Assembly (NCBI GenBank): GCA_965660855.1
Contig: CBFIBM010000014.1
Coordinates: 1-42,514 of the forward strand
Reading direction: 5' to 3'
Origin: an uncultured bacterium
Lineage (GTDB): Bacteria > Fidelibacterota > Marinisomatia > Marinisomatales > UBA1611
DNA length: 42,514 bases
In this document: positions 14,259 through 23,926 of the stretch, in pieces
Layout: every line of letters starts with the position of its first letter
Position numbering within the stretch: the stretch's first letter is position 1
The notes under the pieces: generated by a model
Told to the model about the DNA's origin: nothing
Database searches by the model: none
What the model saw: only the letters and a program-made list of their open reading frames with translations
Made by a program: the position numbers and the translations under genes

Positions 14259-16517
14259 ATGAAGTTTAACCTAATTGAAAATCCTCATATTAAAACTTTT
14301 TTATTACATATAAATATAAAAGTTTTTTTGTGCTTATGTTGTGGTCTGTTATGGTCTCAGCAAGCATCAATAGTAGGAAAAATAAATGATAAAGATGGAC
14401 ATTCACTAGAAGGGGCAGAGGTGTACATTAAAAAACTTAATTTGGGGTCTACCACAGATAGTAATGGAAAGTTTAAGTTAAATGATATTCCTTTTGGTAA
14501 TAGGGTTTTTACTATATCCATGATTGGATATGAAACTATTGAGCAAGTAAAATATATTAATCAAGATCTGGTAGATCTTGGAAAATTTTATTTAACAATA
14601 GATACTTTGTTAGTTGAAGAAATTATTGTTGATGCTCATGGAAGGCTTCAGCCAATAAGTTTTGCATCAAATATCGATTTTATTGGCAATGATTATCATA
14701 AAAACCTAAAAACTACCTTAGCTCAACTAGTTGAGAATAGGGTTGGTCTTTCAATCCAGTCTATGGGGCAAGCTGTAGGTCAGCCTGTCTTAAGGGGTTA
14801 TAAAAGTGATAGATTTCTATTAACAGAAGATGGCATTACTATTGGAGATCTATCCAATACATCAGTTGATCACGCCGTTAGTGTTGACATGGCGTCCTTT
14901 AACAAAATAAATATCATTCGTGGTCCAGAAACATTACTATTCGGTTCTAATACAATTGGAGGAGTAATAGATGTTTCTAGAGAAACAGGTGATAACCCAA
15001 TCTTTAACAAGTTTAGCTTTCAATCCATTAGCGGTTATGAATCTTCAAATAAAGGAAAATACTTAGCTTTAACTGCTTACTATCCAATTAATCCTAGAAA
15101 TCAAATTCGATTTTCTGGTCTAAATAGATTGGCTGAGAATCAAACTTCACCAAAAAAGACATTGCCAAATACTGGTTTGACCAATACTGAGCTAGCTGGG
15201 AGCTACTCTTATTTTGGTAAAAAGAACCAAGTTAGACTTTCATATGATAAAATAAATATGGACTATGGAATACCGGGTAGCCCAGAGGGTCACATTGATG
15301 GAGTCGATATCAAAATGACTAAACATACTCAAAAACTAAACTTCCATAGAGATATCAAAAGTTTTGGATTTACAAGAATGGATATAGACCAACGTTATAT
15401 TTCATACTCACACAGCGAATATGAAAATGGAAATGATTACTCTACTGTTTCTTTGGGACAGGATATTTATTTTATTCAAAGTATTTTATCTAACAATAAT
15501 GTGAAAATTGGATCTTCATTTCAATATCGTGAATATAAAGCTGGTGGCTTTTATTGGACTCCAGATACAGAAGAAGTAAAATTTTCAATGTATGGGCTGT
15601 ATCAGAAAAAAATAAAAAAAACTACATACCAAATTTCTACAAGAATTGAAAACTTATTTATAAAGCCTGAAAAATCGTTTTTATTTTTGTCAAATATTAA
15701 TGAGGATGAAGTAAACAATAGGAATTTTACTATATTTTCTGCTGCTTTAGGTGGATATAGAAACTTAGAAAAATGGAGAATTTCTTACAGTGGTATGCTA
15801 GCAAGTAGAGCTCCGAGCATCGATCATCTTTTTTCAGATGGTCCACACTTAGGGACTTATTCTTATGAAATCGGAGAACCTAATTTAAAAATTGAAAATA
15901 CTTTTGGATTAGAAGGTTCCATTGAGCGAGTTGAAGAGAAAAGTGATTTAAGGTTCACATTTTATCATAATTATAGCCCCAACTACCATATCAGTACTGC
16001 TCTTGGTAATACATATATTACTGGAGCTGATTGGATAGAGTGGGGTAGTGGTAGTGCGGGTTGGCTCTATAAATATCAGATGAAAGGTTTGAAGTCTCAA
16101 ATATATGGATTTGAGTATGAATTTGATTATTTACTAACGGATAACATTAAATTATTTTCGAGTTTCTCAATTGCTAGAGGTAAAAACTTGTCAGATGATA
16201 TACCTTTAGCTTACATGCCTCCTGATAAACTTATTTTAGCCACAGAGTTTAATTTAAGTCCACTTAAGGTAGACTTTATTTATAAACAAGTTTTAAAACA
16301 ATCTAGAATTGGAGAATTTGAAACCCCTACGAATGGTTATAATATTATTGATCTAAATACTAGTTATTCTTTTAACTCTAATAACTTGATGCACAAATTA
16401 ATTCTAGGTATTGAAAATATTTTTAATCAGGAATATTACAATCATTTATCTAGAATAAAATTGGTTATGCCTGAAAAAGGTAGATCAATAAATTTACAGT
16501 ATAGGTTAAATTTTTAA
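14259..16517 (+). CDS. TonB-dependent receptor, ZnuD-like divalent metal transporter
   Basis: N-terminal carboxypeptidase-regulatory-like domain, plug PVLRG..DLS..SVDHAV..IIRGPETLLFGSN.IGGVI, DGPH, YYNHLS, terminal F. Confidence 0.88.
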   Translation: MKFNLIENPHIKTFLLHINIKVFLCLCCGLLWSQQASIVGKINDKDGHSLEGAEVYIKKLNLGSTTDSNGKFKLNDIPFGNRVFTISMIGYETIEQVKYINQDLVDLGKFYLTIDTLLVEEIIVDAHGRLQPISFASNIDFIGNDYHKNLKTTLAQLVENRVGLSIQSMGQAVGQPVLRGYKSDRFLLTEDGITIGDLSNTSVDHAVSVDMASFNKINIIRGPETLLFGSNTIGGVIDVSRETGDNPIFNKFSFQSISGYESSNKGKYLALTAYYPINPRNQIRFSGLNRLAENQTSPKKTLPNTGLTNTELAGSYSYFGKKNQVRLSYDKINMDYGIPGSPEGHIDGVDIKMTKHTQKLNFHRDIKSFGFTRMDIDQRYISYSHSEYENGNDYSTVSLGQDIYFIQSILSNNNVKIGSSFQYREYKAGGFYWTPDTEEVKFSMYGLYQKKIKKTTYQISTRIENLFIKPEKSFLFLSNINEDEVNNRNFTIFSAALGGYRNLEKWRISYSGMLASRAPSIDHLFSDGPHLGTYSYEIGEPNLKIENTFGLEGSIERVEEKSDLRFTFYHNYSPNYHISTALGNTYITGADWIEWGSGSAGWLYKYQMKGLKSQIYGFEYEFDYLLTDNIKLFSSFSIARGKNLSDDIPLAYMPPDKLILATEFNLSPLKVDFIYKQVLKQSRIGEFETPTNGYNIIDLNTSYSFNSNNLMHKLILGIENIFNQEYYNHLSRIKLVMPEKGRSINLQYRLNF

Positions 16518-16668
16518 TAATAAAATATTATATATCACTGTTTAGAAGTAATTTAAGAGCCTACATATAAAGTATTTTTTTAGATTTTTTATATCAATCA
16601 TACATATTTAACTTTCAAAATAGTTTTTGAACTTATTTATTAGAATTCAATTGTTGAGGATTATTTTA

Positions 16669-17343
16669 ATGTTAAAGCCTACGAAAAAAAATACGAAAAA
16701 AGAGATCCAGAGTGATCCTTTTTTAGATACTGTTGGTAATGCACAAGCTCACTTTGAGCATAATAAAACGCTTTATACACAAATTATAACTGGTTTTCTT
16801 GTGCTGGTTGCAGGATTTATGTTTTTATCCAATAAGAATAAAGTACATATAAAAGAGGGGAATGCAGCTCTGGGGAATGCTCTGGTTGCAATTGACCAAG
16901 ATGATCTCTCAAATGCTAAATTTCAGTTGGAGACTGTTTTTAATGATTATTCTGATACTAAACCATCTTACGAAGCTGCATATTTTTTAGGAAAAATATA
17001 CTTTGAGGAAGAGGATTTTGTTTTAGCAAAAAAATATATAACAACTTTTAAGGAAAATAGTAATAATGAAATGCTATTGGTAGCATCAGCCAAAATGCTA
17101 TCTGATATCGAAGAGCAAAATAATAATATTGAAAATGCCATCGAATTTATTAAAGACTCAAAGAAAAAAGTCAATTTAGCTAGTCAAAAAAATTCCTTAG
17201 AATTAGATGAAGCTCGTCTACTTATATCGAGCGGGTTGATTGATAATGCAAAGAAAAAACTAAATAACATCTTAAACCTGAAAGATATTCCTAATAATCA
17301 AAAACAAATAGCTGAGGAACTACTTGGCCAGATATCTAGCTAA
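16669..17343 (+). CDS. Membrane-anchored TPR protein (YfgM-like)
   Basis: KEIQSDPF, single TM, TPR-like helices; GAGGA precedes ATG 16669. Confidence 0.7.
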   Translation: MLKPTKKNTKKEIQSDPFLDTVGNAQAHFEHNKTLYTQIITGFLVLVAGFMFLSNKNKVHIKEGNAALGNALVAIDQDDLSNAKFQLETVFNDYSDTKPSYEAAYFLGKIYFEEEDFVLAKKYITTFKENSNNEMLLVASAKMLSDIEEQNNNIENAIEFIKDSKKKVNLASQKNSLELDEARLLISSGLIDNAKKKLNNILNLKDIPNNQKQIAEELLGQISS

Positions 17344-17385
17344 GCTCTTGTAATATTCCTTTATATTCATTATTTTTCGAGGCTG

Positions 17386-17413
17386 AAAAGCGGGTGAAAA
17401 CCCGCTTTTTTTT
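17386..17413 (+). promoter_or_regulatory. rimP leader hairpin / attenuator-like terminator
   Basis: AAAAGCGGGT-GAAA-ACCCGCTTTT plus T-run just before rimP; TTGTAA-N17-TATTTT promoter candidate at 17348-17376. Confidence 0.75.
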
Positions 17414-17420
17414 GTGTATT

Positions 17421-17858
17421 ATGAATGAAAAATTAAAAAATATTATAAAATCTAATTTAGCTGATAATCATGTTTTAATGGATTATGGTGTTGGCGGAAG
17501 AGGAAACTATGTCCGTATTGTTATTGACTCTCCAGATGCAGTTACTCTAGGGGAAACCACTACTTTAACCAAAATACTTAGAGATTCAGATAAAATGCAA
17601 GAATTGTTTCCTGATGGTTTTAGACTTGAAGTTACAACACCTGGAATAGGTCAACCGCTGGAACATAAATTTCAGTATTTGAAGAGTATAAATAGAGATT
17701 TAAACGTAAAATACACAGAGAAAGATGAGTTAATGTCCATTAGTGGAAAATTAATTGAAGTTTCTGATGATTTTCTTAAAGTAAAAATGAAGAAAGATAT
17801 TTTTAAATTAAATTTTGATCAGATCTTAAGCGCGAAAGTTAAGATCGCATTCAAGTAA
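17421..17858 (+). CDS. rimP: Ribosome maturation factor RimP
   Basis: VRIVID, RLEVTTPG..PL; upstream of nusA. Confidence 0.9.
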   Translation: MNEKLKNIIKSNLADNHVLMDYGVGGRGNYVRIVIDSPDAVTLGETTTLTKILRDSDKMQELFPDGFRLEVTTPGIGQPLEHKFQYLKSINRDLNVKYTEKDELMSISGKLIEVSDDFLKVKMKKDIFKLNFDQILSAKVKIAFK

Positions 17859-17873
17859 ATATTAGGAGAGGCT

Positions 17874-19184
17874 GTGGTAAATAGAGAACTAATAGAAGTT
17901 TTTTCAGAAATCGCTAGAGAAAAAAATGTTGAACGTTCTGAATTGGCGACCATTTTAGAAGAGCTATTTCTTTATGTTATTGAAAAAGAATATGGCGACT
18001 CATCGAATTGTAGTTGCATTGTTAATCTAGATAAAGGTGAAATTGAAATTTACGCGGAAAAGACAATTGTAGAGGAAATTGATGATTATAAGGTCGAAAT
18101 ATTGCTTGAAGAAGCTATTGCTAAAGAACCAGATGCGTTAGATCTAGTAGTTGGTGATATTTTTGTGGAAGTTATTGACCCTAGAGTTTTCGGTAGAAGG
18201 TTGGTCACAACTGCAAAACAGTTTTTTGCTCAACGATTAAGGGATGTCGAAAGAAATTATATATATGAAGATTATGCCAATCGTGTTGGTGAAGTGATTA
18301 TTGGTGTAGTTCATCAGGTACAGAGAGATGGAGTTTTTGTAAATATAGAGCAGGCAGAATTACGAATGCCTAAATCTGAACAAATAAATTCCGAAAGATA
18401 TAGGCGTGGAGATACAATTAAAGCTGTTATTAAATCAGTTGAGGCTACCCCGAAAGGTCCTGATATTATAATTTCTAGAAGTGATAATCATTTTCTGTAT
18501 AAGCTATTTGAAATCGAGGTCCCTGAAATAGAAGATGGAATTATTGATATTACTTCAATAGCCAGATATCCCGGTGAGAGAGCAAAAATCATTGTTCAAT
18601 CAAATGATAGAAGAATTGATCCAGTAGGTGCGTGCGTAGGAATGAGAGGTAGTAGAATACAAGCTATTGTTAGAGAGTTGAATAACGAAAAAATTGATAT
18701 AGTCAATTACAGCGATCAGGCTGAGATTTTAATCAGCCGAGCATTATCACCAGCAAAACCAACCCAACTATTTATCGATGATGAAAAGAAATATTGTGTA
18801 GCATTATTTGATGATGAAGCTTTGGATGCAGCAATTGGTAGAAATGGTATGAATGTGAACCTTGCTTCAAAAATTACTGACTATAAAATTGATGCATTTG
18901 GTATAAATCAATATGATAGGATTCAGCAAGACCAGAAAACACTTTTATCAGATATTAAAGGGTTTGATAAAAAAATTGCTACCAAGTTAAGTAAAGAAAA
19001 TATTAATGTTGTCTCAGATTTACTTGATGCTGATATGAATAATTTGCTTAAAATCAAAGGTATAGAAGAAAATCTCTTAGATGATTTATATACTTCAGTT
19101 CAAGAGTTTGTTGAAAGAGAAATTGAGGTAACAGATGATGACAGTACAAACCTTACTGAACCTGAAAAAGAATTAATTAATTAA
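17874..19184 (+). CDS. nusA: Transcription factor NusA
   Basis: S1 and KH domains, DPVGACVGMRGSRI, AIGRNGMNV. Confidence 0.98.
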   Translation: MVNRELIEVFSEIAREKNVERSELATILEELFLYVIEKEYGDSSNCSCIVNLDKGEIEIYAEKTIVEEIDDYKVEILLEEAIAKEPDALDLVVGDIFVEVIDPRVFGRRLVTTAKQFFAQRLRDVERNYIYEDYANRVGEVIIGVVHQVQRDGVFVNIEQAELRMPKSEQINSERYRRGDTIKAVIKSVEATPKGPDIIISRSDNHFLYKLFEIEVPEIEDGIIDITSIARYPGERAKIIVQSNDRRIDPVGACVGMRGSRIQAIVRELNNEKIDIVNYSDQAEILISRALSPAKPTQLFIDDEKKYCVALFDDEALDAAIGRNGMNVNLASKITDYKIDAFGINQYDRIQQDQKTLLSDIKGFDKKIATKLSKENINVVSDLLDADMNNLLKIKGIEENLLDDLYTSVQEFVEREIEVTDDDSTNLTEPEKELIN

Positions 19185-19207
19185 CTTTAACCCTTAACTA
19201 GGAAAAT

Positions 19208-21673
19208 ATGGCTAAACTAAGAATATTTCAAATTGCAAAAGAGTTAAACATCTCTCATACAGATATTGTCTCTTTTTTAAAATCAAAAAAAATAGAAGTT
19301 TCAAGTCATATGAGTCCAGTTAATGAATCTGTTCATCAAATGATAATGTCTGAATTTGCAAAAGATAAAGAGCAGGTTGAAAGGTTTAGAAAAGAACAAG
19401 TTAGAAAGGAAATTCATGATGTAAGACTTAAAAAACAGCAAGAGAGCTCTAAAAAATTAAAACTACTCACCCTTACTGAGCAACGTCAATTAGAACAAGC
19501 TGAGATTAAACAAAAAGAAGAGTTATCAAAGTTAGAGAAAGAGAAAAAAGAAAAATTAAAGCAGGAAGATCTACAAATAAAAAAAGAAAAAGCTTTAGAA
19601 GAAGTCCTTCCAGAGATTAAAGATCCTGAAAATAATAAAAAAGAAGTACCAAATAAAAAAGCTAAAGAGTTGAAGAAAAAATTTAAATCAACAAAAAAAC
19701 TTAAGTCTTTTAATTTATCAAATATACAATCAAAAATAGGTTCTTCATCAACTAAGCAAAATGTAAAAAACAATTCAGTTAAAGATAATAATCAAAAATC
19801 TGTAAAAACTAAAGTGAAAGGTATTCTTGCCCAAATGGATACAAAATCTAAAAAGAAGGTTCACAAAAAGACAAGAAGTCAAAAAGAGCCTTCAGCAGTG
19901 ATAGATAGTGATAAGCCTGTCATACAAATCGCTGAATTCTCTAATGTTGAAGAATTAGGAAAAATATTTGAAGTTACATCTAGTGAGATAATCCAAATAT
20001 GTATAGAGCTTGGTATGTTAGTTACAAAAAACCAAAGAATTGATTGGGATGTGATAGAACTTTTGGCAGATCATTTTAATTTTACCCCAGAGAAAAGGAA
20101 AGATGTTGGTGAGGAGCTTTTTATAGAAGAAACAACAAAAGAGGACATGGAAAATGCAACTCCAAGAGCTCCTATTGTTACAGTAATGGGGCACGTTGAT
20201 CATGGAAAAACTAGTCTTCTTGATTATATCAGGAATACAAAAGTGACTGAAGGCGAGTCTGGTGGAATTACTCAGCATATAGGAGCATATAAAGTTAATT
20301 ATAATAATAGAGATATTACTTTTTTAGATACACCTGGTCATGAGGCTTTTACAGCAATGAGGGCTCGAGGAGCTCAGGTTACGGATATAGTTATTTTAGT
20401 AGTTGCTGCTGATGATGCTGTTATGCCGCAAACAATCGAGGCTATTAGCCATACCAAAGCTGCAGGTGTTCCAATGGTTATAGCAATTAACAAAATGGAT
20501 AAGCCTGGTGCAGACCCTGAAAAAGTCAGGCGCTCTCTTTCTGAGCACGATGTTTTAACTGAGTCCTGGGGTGGTAAGTATCAAGACATAGAGATAAGTG
20601 CAATTAATGGAAAAGGGATTGAATCCTTAATGGAAAGTTTATTGCTTGAAACAGATGTTCTTGAATTAAAATCAAATAAAGACTGTACTGCAAGAGGTAC
20701 TATTGTCGATTCCAAATTAGATAAAGGCTTGGGTCCTGTTGGTACCTTACTAATTAATAAAGGTACTTTAAAAATAGGAGACCCTTTTATATGCGGTGAT
20801 TATCCTGGTAAAGTAAAAGCTATAACTAATGAAAAAGGAGAGCGTTTAAAAAAAGCTGGCCCCTCAGATGCAGTCCAAATTCAAGGATATGACCAAGTAC
20901 CAAGTGCTGGTGACCGTTTTGCTGTTGTTGATAATGAAAAAGAGTTAAAGCGAATATCTGGTGAAAGACAGAGAGTTAGAAGGGAAATTGAGCAAAAAAA
21001 GATGGCCTTCTCACTTGATAATATGTCTTCCCTTTTAAAAGATGGTGGTTTGAAAACACTTCCGTTAATTATTAAAGGCGATGTTGATGGATCAGTTGAG
21101 GCATTAGCTGAATCCCTTGAGAAAATTAAAACAGATGAAGTTGGTATTAAGGTTATACATAAAAGTGTCGGAATGGTAACCGAATCAGATGTTCTTTTGG
21201 CTGAAGCATCTAAAGCAATTATAATAGGCTTTCATGTTCAAGTCAATTCTAATGCAAGACTTCAAGCAAATCAGGCTGGTGTCGACATCAGGACTTATAC
21301 AGTAATCTATCAAGCAGTAGAAGAACTGACACTTGCCTTAGAGGGATTATTAGAACCTGATAAAATAGAAAAAAGTATTGGTAAAGCCCAAGTTCTTACT
21401 CAATTCAAAATTCCTAAAATTGGTTTTATTGCTGGCTGTAAGGTTACCGAAGGGCTTATAATTAGAAATGGTAAAGCTCGTGTTCTAAGAGATGGTGAAT
21501 TATTAATAGAGGGTCTTATAAACTCATTAAAAAGACATAAAGACGATGCAAAAGAAGTAAAAGATGGTTTAGAATGTGGAATTGGTGTTGATGGTGTTAA
21601 AAAGTTTCAAGAGAATGATATTATCGAAGTTTATGAAATTAATGAAGTGAAAAGAAAATTAGTTCTAAATTAA
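19208..21673 (+). CDS. infB: Translation initiation factor IF-2
   Basis: GHVDHGKT, GGITQHIGAY, DTPGHEAF, NKMD. Confidence 0.99.
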   Translation: MAKLRIFQIAKELNISHTDIVSFLKSKKIEVSSHMSPVNESVHQMIMSEFAKDKEQVERFRKEQVRKEIHDVRLKKQQESSKKLKLLTLTEQRQLEQAEIKQKEELSKLEKEKKEKLKQEDLQIKKEKALEEVLPEIKDPENNKKEVPNKKAKELKKKFKSTKKLKSFNLSNIQSKIGSSSTKQNVKNNSVKDNNQKSVKTKVKGILAQMDTKSKKKVHKKTRSQKEPSAVIDSDKPVIQIAEFSNVEELGKIFEVTSSEIIQICIELGMLVTKNQRIDWDVIELLADHFNFTPEKRKDVGEELFIEETTKEDMENATPRAPIVTVMGHVDHGKTSLLDYIRNTKVTEGESGGITQHIGAYKVNYNNRDITFLDTPGHEAFTAMRARGAQVTDIVILVVAADDAVMPQTIEAISHTKAAGVPMVIAINKMDKPGADPEKVRRSLSEHDVLTESWGGKYQDIEISAINGKGIESLMESLLLETDVLELKSNKDCTARGTIVDSKLDKGLGPVGTLLINKGTLKIGDPFICGDYPGKVKAITNEKGERLKKAGPSDAVQIQGYDQVPSAGDRFAVVDNEKELKRISGERQRVRREIEQKKMAFSLDNMSSLLKDGGLKTLPLIIKGDVDGSVEALAESLEKIKTDEVGIKVIHKSVGMVTESDVLLAEASKAIIIGFHVQVNSNARLQANQAGVDIRTYTVIYQAVEELTLALEGLLEPDKIEKSIGKAQVLTQFKIPKIGFIAGCKVTEGLIIRNGKARVLRDGELLIEGLINSLKRHKDDAKEVKDGLECGIGVDGVKKFQENDIIEVYEINEVKRKLVLN

Positions 21674-21674
21674 A

Positions 21675-22040
21675 TTGAATTCAAAGAAACCATTCAGCCG
21701 TATGGAAAGGGTGAATAATCAAGTTTTAGATATACTTGGTAACATCTTAATGAAAAATATAGACCTATCTGAATTAGGTTTTATTACATTTACATCTGTT
21801 GATGTTGCTCCAGACTTAAGAACAGCTAAAGTCTATTTTTCAATTCTTAATCCTAACTTTAATAATAAAAAAATTAAAATTGAAATAAATAAAAGGAGGA
21901 AGGCATTTAAAAAATTTATGGGACCTAAATTAGCTTTTAAAAATATCCCTGATTTAACGTTTTACTTAGATGAAAAGTTTATTTACGAAGAAAAAATAAG
22001 TAAACTGTTAAAGGAAACGAATTATAAAAAGAACGACTAA
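21675..22040 (+). CDS. rbfA: Ribosome-binding factor A
   Basis: R..RV, VAPDLRTAKVY, PDLTFYLD; follows infB. Confidence 0.95.
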   Translation: MNSKKPFSRMERVNNQVLDILGNILMKNIDLSELGFITFTSVDVAPDLRTAKVYFSILNPNFNNKKIKIEINKRRKAFKKFMGPKLAFKNIPDLTFYLDEKFIYEEKISKLLKETNYKKND

Positions 22041-22684
22041 TGATTTTAAACATCAATAAACCTATAGGGTGGTCTTCTTTTGATGTAGTAAAGAAAATAA
22101 GAGGAATCACAGGTGAAAAAAAAGTCGGACATGGTGGTACGCTTGACCCTTTTGCGGAAGGTGTACTCATATTAGGTACAGGTAAGGATACGAAAAAACT
22201 TTCCAGCCTCACTTCCTCTGATAAATCCTATATTTTTACCTTGAATCTTGGTACTACTACAGATACTTTAGATACTGAAGGTACTATTACAGGAAAACAA
22301 GTTATACCAACTTTAAGTAAGTCTAAAGTTATTGATAAAATTAATTCCTTTTGTGGTGAAAGCTTTCAAACTCCACCGATGTTTTCTGCAAAAAAGGTAA
22401 ATGGAAAAAAATTATATGAACTTGCCCGAAAAAATATAAATATTAAAAGGGAACCAGTTAAAATAACTATTAAAGAATTTTCATTGATTTCATATAATTT
22501 GCCAAATCTTATTTTATCAGTAACGGTATCAAAAGGAACCTATATTAGAGTACTAGGTAAGGATTTAGCAGAGAGACTTGGCACCATTGGTTATCTTACC
22601 AAATTGGTACGTACGAGAGTCAGTACATATCTACTTAGCGATTCTTTAACTATTGACGCATTTGAAAAAAAATGGAAATCATAA
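22040..22684 (+). CDS. truB: tRNA pseudouridine(55) synthase, short form
   Basis: KVGHGGTLDP, PPMFSAKK, KGTYIR. Confidence 0.97.
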   Translation: MILNINKPIGWSSFDVVKKIRGITGEKKVGHGGTLDPFAEGVLILGTGKDTKKLSSLTSSDKSYIFTLNLGTTTDTLDTEGTITGKQVIPTLSKSKVIDKINSFCGESFQTPPMFSAKKVNGKKLYELARKNINIKREPVKITIKEFSLISYNLPNLILSVTVSKGTYIRVLGKDLAERLGTIGYLTKLVRTRVSTYLLSDSLTIDAFEKKWKS

Positions 22685-23604
22685 AAAAAGAAATTGGCTA
22701 TAGATCTATAAAATCATCTGCGTTGACTATAGGATCTTATGATGGGTTGCATTTAGGGCATATTAGTTTATTAAAACTCATGGTTAATTTTGCAAAAAAA
22801 AATCATCTACCATCCGTATTAGTAACATTTGACCCGCATCCAAAACAAATTTTAAGTAAAAATAAAATAAAATTAATAACCAGTTTTAAAATCAAGATGG
22901 ATTTAGTAGAAAAAATAGGGATTGACTATGTTTATGTCATCAACTTTACAAATAAATTTTCAAAAATGTCAGCAGCAGACTTTTTGAATAAAATTATTAA
23001 TCCAACTTTTAATCCTAAAAAAATATATATTGGATTTGATCATCATTTTGGAAATAAAAGGGAAGGAGATCAGAATTTTCTATTAAAATATGGGAAAAAA
23101 AATAATATTGATATAAAGATTGTTAAATCATTAAATAATAAAGGAGAAAAGGTTTCTAGTAGTAAAATTCGTAAATATGTTGAGTTAGGTAAAATGAAAA
23201 CAGTTAGTTCTTTACTCGGATCTTTTTTCATCATTGAATCAATTGTAGTCCATGGGTCAGGACGAGGTTCTAGTCTGGGATTTCCAACAGCAAATATTAA
23301 TCCAATAGAAAAAAACCAGCTTATACCAAAAAATGGAGTTTATTTAATTAGGGGAAGCATTAATGGACAATATGTCTTTGGAATGTGTAATTTAGGAATA
23401 AGACCTACCTTTAACGAAGATGATTTTGTAATAGAAGTTCATTTTTTTCATAATAGTTTAAACGATATTTATGGTTTAATTTTAAGGATAGAATTCTTAG
23501 AGAGAATAAGGAATGAGATAAAATTCCCGTCCTCGAAAAAACTAGTACAACAATTAAATTTAGATAAACAAACTTGCCTCAAATTAAAGAGCAATTATAA
23601 ATAG
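22672..23604 (+). CDS. ribF: Riboflavin kinase / FAD synthetase
   Basis: DGLHLGH, TFDPHP, VSSSKIR, LGFPTAN, G.RPTF. Confidence 0.97.
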   Translation: MEIIKKEIGYRSIKSSALTIGSYDGLHLGHISLLKLMVNFAKKNHLPSVLVTFDPHPKQILSKNKIKLITSFKIKMDLVEKIGIDYVYVINFTNKFSKMSAADFLNKIINPTFNPKKIYIGFDHHFGNKREGDQNFLLKYGKKNNIDIKIVKSLNNKGEKVSSSKIRKYVELGKMKTVSSLLGSFFIIESIVVHGSGRGSSLGFPTANINPIEKNQLIPKNGVYLIRGSINGQYVFGMCNLGIRPTFNEDDFVIEVHFFHNSLNDIYGLILRIEFLERIRNEIKFPSSKKLVQQLNLDKQTCLKLKSNYK

Positions 23605-23616
23605 GAGAGTAGAAGC

Positions 23617-23886
23617 ATGCCTATCTCGAAAGAAGAAAAACAGAAATACGTTGAACAATTTGGAAAGGAAAATGGAGACACAGGGTCTCCAGAAGTACAA
23701 ATTGCTATACTAACACATCGTATCAGAGAATTGACAGATCATGTTAAAAAACATAAAAAAGATCATCATACTCGTAGAGGTTTGGTACAACTAGTATCAA
23801 AACGAAAAAAAATGCTGAAATACCTGATGCGTTCGAATCCTAATTCGTATGTAAAATTAATTAAAGAGTTATCCATAAGAGGTTAG
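23617..23886 (+). CDS. rpsO: 30S ribosomal protein S15
   Basis: DTGSPEVQIA..HKKDHH.RRGL. Confidence 0.99.
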   Translation: MPISKEEKQKYVEQFGKENGDTGSPEVQIAILTHRIRELTDHVKKHKKDHHTRRGLVQLVSKRKKMLKYLMRSNPNSYVKLIKELSIRG

Positions 23887-23926
23887 TCATAAAGAGAACT
23901 CACAGAAGAAGAAGAAGAATAATAAT

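Noticed and set aside
17394..17420. GTG start for rimP
   Set aside because: Lies inside the leader hairpin; ATG 17421 preferred
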